Assembly: GCA_951406725.2 (NCBI GenBank)
Contig: OX597814.1
Span: 162,006,001-162,070,000 of the forward strand
DNA: 64,000 nt
DNA from: Octopus vulgaris
Taxonomy: Eukaryota
Direction: 5' to 3'
The position numbers and the translations under genes are program-made. Below are positions 52,097 through 64,000 of this stretch, one piece after another (the first letter of the stretch is position 1; each line of letters opens with the position of its first letter). Below the pieces are notes generated by a model. It worked only from the letters and a program-made list of their open reading frames with translations, had not been told where the DNA came from and did no database searches.

Positions 52097-52990
52097 TATT
52101 CTTTCTAATTTCGGCATAAGGCTTGCATTTTGTTTCTAAAGAGAAGGTAGTCTATTAGATTCGACCTCAGTACTCAGCTGGTATTTATTTTATCGATACC
52201 TGAAGGATAAATGGCCAAGTCGGCCTAGGTTGAATTTGTACACAGAACGTAAAAAGCCGGAAGAAATGCATTTAAGCATTTTACCCAACGCACTATTCTG
52301 CTTACTCGCTACATTTGATAATTCTTTCTAATTTTGGCACAAGGCCAGCAATTTTGAGGGGAGAGGGTAAGTCGATATTTCAACTCCAAAAGGATGAAAG
52401 GTACAGTTGACCTCGGCGGGATTTCAACTCAGATGGTAAAGAGCCGGAACAAATGTCACTAAGCATTTATGTTCGATGCGGTAACGATTTTGTCAGCTCG
52501 CCACCTTTATAATAACAATCCTTTCCACTACAGTCACAAGGCCTGAAATGTTGAAGGGAGGAGTTAACCTGATTACATTGACCCAGTGTTCAGTTGGTAC
52601 TTATTTTATCAACCACAAAAGGATGAAAGACAAGGTCGACCTTGGCGTCTTCTGAACTCAGAACGTAAAGAGGGAAGAAATGTCAAGTATTTAATCCGGT
52701 GTGCTAACGATTGACAACAATAGCGAAAGGGGGTAAATCGATTACATCGACCCCTAAAGGATGAATGGCAAAGTCGAACTCGGTGGTACTTGGACTCAAA
52801 ACGTAAAGTCGGACGAAATGCCACTAAGCACTTTGCCTCTGTACTTTTAGTGGAGGGGATTAGTCGAAAATACCGATTCCAGTACTTGTACTTTATTCAA
52901 TCAACCCCGAAAGGATGTAAAGTGAAGCTAGCATCGGCGGGATTTGAATGCGGAACAATAAAAAGCCAAAACAAATGCTACAAGGAATTT
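52097..52990 (-). mobile_element. Tandem cluster of ~5 tRNA-derived SINEs with a Meta-type central domain
   Basis: Repeated ttttatcgacccc.aaaggatgaaaggcaaagtcgacctcggcgg.atttgaactcagaacgtaaa; CpGs largely retained. Confidence 0.8.
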
Positions 52991-54140
52991 TTTTTTGTAC
53001 CGGCAAAAAGCGTGTTGCATAAGATGTGTGTGTGTGTGACGTCGAATGTATTGAATGTTCTTAGTGTACAAATAAATCTTTTTGAAACAAGCCTCAAACT
53101 AGGGATTGACCACTATTGCCTAAGACATTGGGGACATTATGATTGCAAAATAAAAACAAATTTACAAGTAAAAGGATGAGATTAATAAGTACAAACATTC
53201 ATAGATATATAATAATAGTTTCCTTTATTTGCCACAAGGGGAACAGATGATGGGAACGTTACAAAGTACAAAAAAAATAAAAACTAGATTTACGCAGAAT
53301 CAATTATGAAATAATATTTATGTAATTCTTTTGTTTGATAAGGAATTACTGATTTATGTAGTTTCGCATTCATACTAGCACGTGTTATAAACACTTTCGC
53401 TAATGTAAACATCTGCTACTAGTTAACTCAAGTACCCACTATACTAAACTCTTAAGAGAAATTGGCTTTACACACACACACACACACACAAAAGAAAATT
53501 GTTTCAAAGTGAAAATAATAGTACTTCAGAGTACAGTTTGTGAATTCTATTATCCAGGATAGGTTACAGAAGTGTTTAAATTTATAGTTGCATTAATTTG
53601 TGGTGATAAGATGCTTGGGAAGATTTTGTTTTTTCAAGTTTGAAAATAAAAATGATACAACAGTGTAAAATTGTTTTGTTGAATTTAAGAATCCCCCTCC
53701 CCGTTTTATTTTTTCAACGATAACTTTTGGTTTTTAATATATTTTAATTCAAATCATTATATATATATATATATATACACACATATATATACATATATAT
53801 ATATACACATATATATATGATTTTCAACTTAACCTACTGACTTGGAAATATTGTTTATCATGTTTTGTAAAATAAGCTATGGACAATAAACTTCTCTATG
53901 TCAGTCTGAGTAAATTGTAAAAGTCATGTGAGAATATTATCGAAACCATTAGTTAAGAAAATGCACCTTATTTCTTTTCCTTTTCCCGCTAATCTTAACT
54001 GACAACTGCAGTTTAGCGAGCGATGTTTGGCCTGTATGTTTTGCTGGCACTCTTTTTCAATTTATTACTCAATTGATTATTGATACTTCATGTGCGGGTG
54101 AATTTGCTTCTACTGCATACAGTAGTGCTGCATTCTTTTG

Positions 54141-54412
54141 TCAGTATGTTTGCGTGAGTGAGTGTTCAGTAATGAGTTTACTGCGCCCACCGTTGTAGAG
54201 GTTTGTGTACTCTGCTTACGTTGTATCAATCGTCATCTTTCCTCCTGCTGCCGTCACTGCAGCTACAAATGCATTTCTGCTCAGTCCGGGTCTGACTCTG
54301 GTGTCGCCCTCTCGCTGTGCGATATCGTTATTGTATACGGATTTAGTATCACCGCCTCATTCAGCCTCTTTAACTTTGTTTTTGTACTGGGACTTGTTTA
54401 ATTTAGCCAAAG
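54141..54412 (+). other. DHX9: Putative non-coding first exon of DHX9 (start approximate)
   Basis: CpG-rich unique sequence, TCAGT initiator-like motifs at 54141 and 54166, AAG|GTAAAC donor at 54413, T-rich intron-like sequence downstream; link to DHX9 is inferred. Confidence 0.55.
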
Positions 54413-57400
54413 GTAAACAAATCGTCTAAGTGGCCAGCCTCGACAGCCGTTTTCTTTTTTTTTTTTTTTTTTTCCACCAAGGGGAAACCACGGAAATCTA
54501 AAGGTATGCAACAACCATTCTTGGATGAGTCTCAAATGGTATTACTTCGGAAAGAATGAAAACATGTACTTTTGATCGGAGTTGTCTGAGTTACTCTTTC
54601 TTCATCTAACCCTCTGCCTCTTCGTATGTGTGTATTTATTTTGGAAACAAAAAGTCATTAATTCACTAACCTCAACATTTAGGGGTTTCCCATTTCTCAA
54701 ACTGTAATATTTGCATACATTAGACGCACACCCACTGAATTTCGTGTTGATTCTCTTTTCTATTGTATTTATATAATGTAAACTTTTACTACTACATCAC
54801 TGTTTTTATATATGTATATAATTTCACGAATTCTGGCGTACATTCCCTCTATCATAGCTCCTTTCTCAGTTTGTTTTCGAAAACCACCACTGTTCACAGT
54901 AACATTTTCGTCATAGTGATCGGATTTAAAATTTCTTGAACATTTAAAAAAAAAAAATTGTTAAAAATACTACAGTTTCGTAAAGAATTTACTGAATTTT
55001 ATCACAGAAGAGAAATCTTACCATCATTTTCAGAAAACAAGTTGTATGTCATGTAGGGGGTATTTCCGCCTACTGACGATTCCAATTGTGGGAAATCCCA
55101 CATTTGGATTCTATTAATTGCAATTAATTGCTCGTGATGGTAATGGTGATTCAGTTGCTACTTTATTTTCTATTGTAGTCCTTAAGGTCTTCAAATTTCC
55201 ACATTGTTATTTTCCCGGCATGTTTGTTTACTGCGTACAAGCAATTTATTTATGTCGTTTGTTGGTTTTCTGTCTATATTGTATAACCCCAAGAGAAGAA
55301 AGTGTTGTTGTTTTTTTATTCTTTGTATTGTTTCCTATTTTTTTATATACCATATATATACACATATATACACCCATCATGACCCATTTAAACTACTATT
55401 TCGTCTCTGAAATGTATATTCTATTACAAATTATAACCAAAAAGCTTACATTTTGAAGATAGTCATTTCATTTATTTGTTTATATGTTCCCTTTCTTCAT
55501 ACCCTTGAATTTTATGATAGTGTAGAGCAGCACCGTGTGTATACCATTATATGGCAATAAACGATATCTAGATGTAATTTCTCAAACCACTAGCATTTCC
55601 AGCTTCATATATTTTTGTCACTTGATTCAACAATCACTATTCTTTGATTATAGCGATTATCGTATAGTAATAAACTCTAGGATAGGAGCTTATGAAGTTT
55701 TGTTGAGTTTGGTACTGGGTTTTAGAATTTTTTTTTTTTTTTTGAAGTTCTAAATGTTGACTAATATATTTTGATTAAATTTAATTCATGCTTAAAATAA
55801 CTGAAAATTATTAGTTATTCTAGAAGATTATTTTTATTAGTAAATGCTAAAAGTTGAAAATAATAATTTTATGTTTTACTATAGAACAGGTGAATTTTAC
55901 TCGTTGACTGTTGGTAGAAAATGCTCTTTCATAAGAGGCGATGGCCCACTATTAGAAAATAAATCTATGCTAAGATTTGATTACACTAGCTGTTTTTGAT
56001 TAATTAATATAGAAGCACCTTCTCTGACCACTTACTGACTGCTACACTTCACTGAACAGAGCATAATAATACTGTTTCTGAGAGGTAGCTATTGATCTTT
56101 TCTACAGAATCACTGGAAAGCGGGGAGGAGGAGGAAGTGTGAAGACATTTGTCTTCGTGATGATTAATGTCCTGATTAAAGAATTGGGTTATTTCGAAGA
56201 GGGTTCAGGAGTATTTTATGGGAATTTGTTTCTTTATATGTCAGGACCAATAATTATTCTCTCGTCATTTGCTTTGAATGCTAGCTACTTCTCTTTTCAT
56301 AAGTTGTTCATTAATCACTTTGTTGCCTGACAGAAATTTTAGTAGTTACTCTTGAGATTTCCTTTCAGCAGCATTGTCTGATATTTTTCCATTTTATGTT
56401 TTTAACTGAATGATGAATCAGCTTCTATGAAACTTAATGTTTTTCAACAATTTTCTTTTATTTATTTGATGTAGGTTTAACTGAACTAGCTGTAATTGTT
56501 GATAATTTAATTATGATTTTTATTTCCATATAGTGGTTTGTAAATATTTGAAATGAATATATATTCAGTTGTAAAGCTGAAAGGTTTTTATTTTGTTTCT
56601 TGTCATTACATTATTGCTTAAAAGATAGATTAATATTGGATACCTTTGAAAAGTAGGAACTTGCTCAAGAATATAAGAATATATACTTTCTAGAGAACTA
56701 CTTTGATCAACATCCACTTTAATGATTCAGTGGTATGTTTCTGCTCCAATCAACACAACTTAAACTTACAGCTGCTAACTTAAATTGAGCATGTTCTCTT
56801 GTTCTTAAGGAAAAAAAAATGTAAGAAAATAAATGAAGCCATTTCTTTTTCTTAGACTTTTTTTAAAGTTGCTTATTTATCCCACATAGGTGAGACAGGT
56901 GAATATTTCTTTGCAGTAATAAGTTGACTAAATTCTTGGGTATAGATTAGGAAAAAATCATTTGACTTGAATAATATTGGATGAAATACATTATTTTAGT
57001 TAGTTATGGCTAATCTTCATTAAGTAATTATTTGAAGAGACAATGTTTGAAACATTTGTTATAATTTGGATGATGTTATGAAAGATTTCTCTGATCTTTA
57101 TTTGGCAATAACTAATCTGAAAGCAAGATAATATCTTGTTTATTAATTAGTATTATTTAAAATTGTTATATAATCATTCAGATTTTTGTTTTCTTTCCAT
57201 TTGTTTCACATAAGAAAAAAAATTACCGGCCTTTATTTTCATGTAAACAAAAGCAAGAATTATTTTCTATACTAATTCATTTTTAGTGTTATACATGTTT
57301 CTAAATATAGCATTCTCTGTCTTGTTACTAATCTAGAATCAAACTATTGCAGATTACAAGTAATATTAGTATTAACATTTAATTTAGACAAACAAGTCTC

Positions 57401-60400
57401 CAATCAGTTGTAGCATCTGTTACTAAGACATGAAATTATGACTAGAGAAATTATAGGGAATTAAAACAATTAGATTAATAATAAGATAAATAGCTGATAT
57501 CTACCCAATGAAGAACATGATTGCAATTATGTTTTGTGTTGAACTGATAAGTGATCATTGTGAAATGAGTTCATAACAAATAGCTTTCTTTTATTAATAG
57601 ACATAGCTTTGATTAAAATCTTGTTTGGTGGCCTTGTTTACTATGTAAATAAGGGTGGTTGCTTCCAAAACATGTTTATTAGTGGCACATTAATAAAGGT
57701 TAATGACTTTTAGTTAATTGTTTGTTATTGCTCAATCCTCTGCTGTCTTTATTTTATTATAGTTTCTAAATTCTGACAACATTTAGTAGAAATTTTCAGA
57801 GCTGAGTGCTTTTGGAAACTCTCATGCAGATGATTTATTAACTTTATGGGAATTCCACGTTTTAAAAAAAATGTTGTTTATAATTAATTTGTTAAACATT
57901 TTCCAGTATTAATGAGTGTAACTTTGCACTGTAACCCAACCCAACCCAAACTGTCCAGCTCATGCCAGCATGAGCAGTGGATGTTAAATGATGATAATGA
58001 GAATGTTAATATTGAATATTTGTTCAAACTGATATATTGGACAATCTCCTTTTAATAAATAATGTGCCTTGTCTTAAATTTCGGAGACTTGTGATATTCA
58101 ATTTGAAATATAAAAGTGAAATATTTGAGGGCAATTAATTGATCAAGTCTTTATTAAATAAATATTTAATGGATACACATTGATATCTTTGTTTGAATCA
58201 GTAAGCTCAGTATTTTTCTTGGTAAACTGCTTACTTTTTTCACATCTATTTATTTATTTGCTTTCCCCTGTATTCATTATTCTTTCTGCTATTACTTTTA
58301 AAAAGATTTACTCAAGACTATTTTTGCAATCAAAAACTTGACCCTTATCTTTCAGAAATCCTCCTTTAGTAATATAAGATTTGATAGAATGCTTTACTAT
58401 GTCTAATTTGGTACTTTACTGATCGTCGTTCAAATCTGCTGTAATTGATGATCCTTTTTTGCCCCTCTGAGAGCAATTGATAATAACCTTCAAAACTAGT
58501 CTAATAAAAGAAAAATCAATATTTGGTCTTAAAAGAGACCAAACCACACCTGATCAGGAGTGTTTAAAGTGTGTTTTAATTTTCTAGAATTTTGCAGTTT
58601 TAATTCCCATTCCATTTTCATGTGTTGTAATAACAAACCATATGAATTATTCATATTAGACAGTAAAACAAATGTTCAGGTATAAATAATATGTACTGAT
58701 TCAATAATTTTTCCATAGAATATTTCTATCATCCTGATCAGTGGTATTCTAATCTAAATAGCCATAACCATTCTGTGTGTGTGAGCAGAATAGCCTGGTG
58801 GATGGGCTAGATGTTTTGTTTCAATTAGGTCATTTTCTATATTATTGTATTTCACTTAACCGTTGAAAAATAGGCCTGCTCTTGATACCTATACCTCTGA
58901 TCATCCAAGATTAAGCAGTTGACTATTTCACATTGCACATTACTTTCATAATGTATAACCAATTTCATACAATTCCTATTTGACTTAAGTATAAAAAATT
59001 AAAGTAATTGTATTTTATTTTTCCTAGATATTCATAAGCTCTATTTGTAGGAATTTGTAAATATGAAATACTTAGAGCATCATAAATTAAATTAAAAACT
59101 AAAATTTCAGTTTTAAGCAAGTAATTATTCAACATTTTATGGAAGTTGTTTTGGCATTACATTATGGATTTAAAAGATAAAAGTGAATCACTGCCATAGA
59201 TGTTGTGTTGTCTTTTAAATTTAATTTTTATCATCATTTACAGATTTGTTAGTCTCTTCTTTGTACTTACTTAAACTGTCTAAAGTAGCAATTAAATCTT
59301 TTATGGCAATGTCTGTAGAATGCTTCATTAACTACATCTATGATATTGGTCTTTTCTGAATTGACTGGGGCTCCCTAGCAACATAGTTTGGTTTAGATGC
59401 AGTTTTTGATTTGAGTTTAATAAGTGAATTTCTATAAGAATATTTTGTGTGATTTTAGAGTTGTAAAAGTAATATTGATTATTCAAAATTCAGATTTTGC
59501 TTTTGATATCATCATTGAGATAGTTATTTTGTATAGTTGTCTAGAGCAAAGGTATACTTGTGTTATGGCTGCCATTATGAAATAACTAATATAGTGCAGT
59601 ATAAAAAACAGTAGGTGGTTGGAGATTTGACATTTTAGCATAGTTACTAGAAAACATTTTCACTTCCTTGATTTAGATATAGAGATAAACTGGATCAATA
59701 GATATGGCTTTGTATCCCTTTTGGACAAACCACTCAAAACTACTTGCCTTAGTTTAACTGTAATATTGAACCAGACCAGAAAAAAGAGTTGTCCATCGTC
59801 TAATGCTGGCATTGTTTTGTCATTTATGAAAGGATTAATTATTAAATTTGTGAAGGTGTGTGACTTAGTGGTTAGGCTATTCAGCTCACAATTGTAAGGT
59901 TGTGTTTGATTCCTGGCAGTACATTGAGTCCTTAAGGAAGATACTTTATTTCATGTTGCTCCAGTCCACTCAGCTGGCAATAATGAGTTGTACCTGTAAG
60001 CCAAAGGGCCAGCTTTACTCTGTCATGCTGAATCTGTCAGAACTATGTTAAGTGTATGTGTGTTTGTGGAGTGCTCAGCCACTTGCATGGAAATTTCATG
60101 AGCAGGCTGCTCCATTGATCAGATCAACAGTAACTAATGGAGTTAAAAAAATGTTAATTATTAAACTTGCAAAATAGCTCTATTAAGTTCAATTCTTTAA
60201 AGCTCAGTCCGTCCACGTTAGATCCAAAAGATCTAATCCATATTTTAGGCAGTTATAGAAAAATGTTAAAATTTTGAAGAATTACAGTGGATAAAACTAA
60301 ATTTCATTTAGCATGGCCTTGTGGTTAAGAAGTTCATTTCATAACTACATGGTTTCAAGTCTGTTCCTATTGCATGGCACTGTGCAGATGTCTTCAACTT

Positions 60401-61331
60401 TCACTTCAGACTGATTAATATCTTGTGAATAGCATTAACAGATGGTAACTAGGAGGTGCAGTGTGTGTATTTGCACATGCAAGTGTTGATTTTTATAGCA
60501 TGCAGTATAAAAACTATGCCATCACCTATGCAACTGTCTTTCCAATGTACTGCAGACATATGCCTGGCCATTAAGCTGTTCATTATGCAACATACTCTGG
60601 GAAATAGTATCTTACTTGGAAACTAGTGATGGTTGGTGACAGGATGAACACCAAGCTGTAGAAAAGCTTCTTCAATAAGTGTGATTCATACCGGTATCAA
60701 AGTGTGGTTGTTGAAATGGTGTTTATCTGTCTGATGTTAGGTGATCTTGCAAATTTAAATATTTGCTCATGTTTTTAAATTAGCTGTTTAATGATTAGAA
60801 TCTCTTATTGCCATCTATTAACATGAATTGGGAGTGGTTAGGTCAGCTGCAACAAGCAAACTGATTTATCTTAGGATACAGTACATAAACTAGTGTATAA
60901 TATTGAATATTTATTACATAGAATTTAATATGAGATGTTTCTTGTTGTAAGACTCTAAAATTTCTTTCATGAATTAGTTATTGAACCTATTTATCTCTTA
61001 CAATATTTCAAGTTTTCTCAGCTGAACCAGTAACTATTCTTCATTGAAAAGATCTTTTTGCATAAAAGCAACACTTATATACTATCTATTTATTGTTCTG
61101 GTATCTAGTCTGCTTGACCTCAACACTTTTTTTTTCCTTTTCTGTTGAAGTTTGATCTAGAAAACATTTTTTGAAGTGTAATAAACTCAAGACTTGCTAC
61201 TTGCATTGCTTCTCACTTTAGGGTAAATTTGGATATCACTTAATACTGCAGATGTGTTGTTTTGTAAAAAGTTTTCCAGTTATAAAACCTTTATCATAAT
61301 CATCTGAAATTGATAGTTGTAAGTAAGATGC

Positions 61332-61420
61332 TACCTTAAAATGTTCTTCATGGGAACAATTAACTTGTACAATTAATACCTTAAAATGTTCTTCATGGGA
61401 ACATTAACTTGTACAATTAA
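61332..61420 (+). repeat. 45/44-bp tandem duplication
   Basis: taccttaaaatgttcttcatgggaaca(a)ttaacttgtacaattaa x2. Confidence 0.95.
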
Positions 61421-61521
61421 TGCCTGCAGAGAAAGATTATAAGGATATTCTGTTGATTTTTGTGATTAAATATAACTTCTTTTTACCTTACTAATTAATG
61501 AAATTATTATTTTCAGCGAAC

Positions 61522-61632
61522 ATGGGAGATATCAAGCAGTTTTTATATGCTTGGTGTGGTAAACAGAAGGTCACTCCTGTTTACGAATTCAACACTGGTG
61601 GACCGAAACATAAACCTCGGTTCAAATGTGAA
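61522..61632 (+). CDS. DHX9: ATP-dependent RNA helicase A / maleless, first coding exon (N-terminal part of dsRBD1); gene continues beyond the window
   Basis: ttttcag|cgaacATG..TGTGAA|gtaagt; MGDIKQFLYAWCGKQKVTPVYEFNTGGPKHKPRFKCE closely matches the DHX9 N-terminus (vertebrate MGDVKNFLYAWCGKRKMTPSYEI). Confidence 0.96.
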
Positions 61633-64000
61633 GTAAGTAAAGCTTTAGATTTTTTTGTGCTTTATAAATCACTCAAATTGCAAAATAATTGTTCTTAATT
61701 ATTATTTTTTTTAAATAAAAGTACCAACACGCCTATATTTTTCAACTCTTAGCATCTGTAGTAATTTATTTCTTTTCATTTTTACATGATTTCAAAGACA
61801 TTATTCCTACACTTCAAATTTTATCTCTAAAGTGCACTCCTATAAATAAACAGTCAACATGTGTGAGATATTGAATGCTAAAAACTCCTTTAGTTTTCCT
61901 CCACAATGCTTGCTAAATGTTTAGTTCTGTCTTCCACCTTGATTTACATGATGATATGCTCTAACATCTGAAATATATCTTGTTCATAGAAAACAAGAAT
62001 ATCATACATACTGTCGTTAGGAAGGGCATCCAGCCATAGAAACACTGCCAGATCTGACTGGGCCTGACGAAGCCTTCCAGCTTCACAGACCTCAGTTGAA
62101 CCGCCCAACCCATGCTAGCATGGAAAGCGGACGCTAAATGATGATGATGATGTCCCCATTTTATGGTTCACTCCAAGCCTGTCCCTTTTTTGACTTCTTA
62201 CAAACACTCTTATTTTATAAGGCAATTTCTGAACAATAGCATTATTATAGTTATGTTTCTAGTTAATGACTCATTGTATTTCTAATGGCAAAAGTGTCAA
62301 TAGAATTAGTGTCGAACCTGATGCAAAGCATTTATTTAGTCTGTAAATTTGCACTTTTTTTTTTACCTCTTTTGCCAGTGTTTATATTCTAGGCAGATAA
62401 TAGAATTAATGAAAGATACACACATGCTTAAATAATTGCATGCATTTATATTTGTCCAGTGAACTTCTGTGCAGTTTCCTTCTGCTGAATTCCACTTGTC
62501 TATTATTAGCATTCAACCTGACGTTATGGTAGAAAACATTTGCCTCAAGTACTGCACTGGGATTGAACCTGGGGCCTTGAAGTAAGCCTTTTAACCACAC
62601 AATGTTTTTCATTGGGTGCCATTTTTGTCTCTTTAGATCTTTTACTTCCTTTCTTAGAACTGACATCTGGTAACCAACTACAACAATTCAACTTAGCAAT
62701 AAGTATTCAATATAAACATAAACTATACTAATTTTACTGAGCTGTAGATACAAGCATGGCTTGTAGGGTTAAAAAGTTTGCTTTGTAAACTACAAAGTGC
62801 AAGGTTGATCCCATTGTAAATACACCTCTGGCATTTGTCTTCTACCATTTTCTTGATTAGTGGAAATTGAGCAGATGTACATGGTTTGTGAGTGAGTATC
62901 TACGAGCAAAAGATATAAGCATTGGCAAGAGACACTCCTTTGTCTCTTGCACTATCAGAAATGCAATCAACCAGTAACTGACCTATTGCAACTCTGAAGT
63001 TTAGGATGCTGTTCAACTTCAATGTAAAACCATCTCACATCTCTGGTGCTTGATGGTTTCATGTGGGTGTATTTTCTACCTTGCTTTCTTGACTTAATAA
63101 ATGAAGCATTTTTCTACACCCGTTTGGTTTTGACAGATGTATGAATTTGGATATTGGCATGAATTATTGAATGTGTTATTTCTTACAAAGTTTTATAACA
63201 TAGCTGTTGTTTTAGGTATATACATTTCTGTTTAAAATCTCATTTTAATTTTTCTATTTATTAACGTAGGCTGAAATCATAAAACAAGTGCTGGAATACT
63301 GACTGCTTGTTCATGGAATCATTCAGATTTTGTTACTGTTCTCATTATGTTGTATGCTTAAGCATAGTACTATTTTCTTGTGTACTTTGCTGAAAAATAC
63401 GTCTGAATCCACTCTAATTTGTAAAACTAACTTTTTTAATGGAAGTGTTCTGTGAAATACTTAACATAGGCACATGTGGCTGTGTGGTAAGAAGCTTGCT
63501 TCCCAACCACATCATTCTGGGTTCAGTCCCACTGTGTGGAACATTGGGCAAGTGTCTTCTATAGCCTCAGGCCAACCACATTCTTGTGAGTGGATTTGTT
63601 AGACAAACTGAAAGAAGCCCATCGTATGTGTGTGTCCTGTGTTTGTCCCCATAACTTAGTACTGGGATCAATTCATTTAACTAAAAATTCTTCAGGGTGG
63701 TACCTCAGCATGGCCTCAGTCTCATGGATAAACTCTAAAATGGTTATAAATGAGGTAATTTACAAGACTTTTTGCATTGGTTAAAACTGTTTATAAATCA
63801 ATTGTCCAAGAATATCACAAACTATCTCTTTAATATTTAGTATAAATAGCTAACAAATATAAAGGGCAATAATTTGATCTTATAGATCTATATATGTTGT
63901 TATTATTGTAACTACTTTCCTACTAGAAACAAATTTAAATGATTATGCTATGTAATTTTTCTCTGTTAAACACAAGTATCCAAGGAATCTAGCAGTGACG

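Noticed and set aside
55885-56900. Tiny exon or recursive splice-like sites (atag|aacag|gtgaat; catag|gtgaga) in DHX9 intron 1
   Set aside because: Such motifs arise by chance in T-rich introns; no independent support.

Overview
AT-rich, microsatellite-saturated animal DNA. The repeat families look like those of an octopod cephalopod, which is an inference and not proven. The left ~49 kb is a dense, nested stack of transposons. It holds two RTE-clade LINEs, one near-intact with a PHD finger inserted in its RT. It also holds several Penelope-like elements (PLEs) whose pseudo-LTRs carry type I hammerhead ribozymes, R4/Dong-like and I-group LINE remnants, a DD37D maT transposase remnant, MITEs and many tRNA-derived SINEs. 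A CpG-retaining, probably divergent promoter region lies at ~49-55 kb. To its right is the 5' end of DHX9 (RNA helicase A/maleless; first coding exon 61522-61632), and to its left is an unidentified minus-strand spliced gene (low confidence). The most notable signals are RNA structures: (i) about nine hammerhead motifs, four with intact catalytic cores; (ii) a six-fold repeated hairpin + H-type pseudoknot module with covariation in the RTE 3' UTR; (iii) a ~2 kb head-to-tail concatemer of that structured UTR with identical junctions; (iv) several long foldback palindromes. All structures and family assignments were read by eye; no folding or database search was run.
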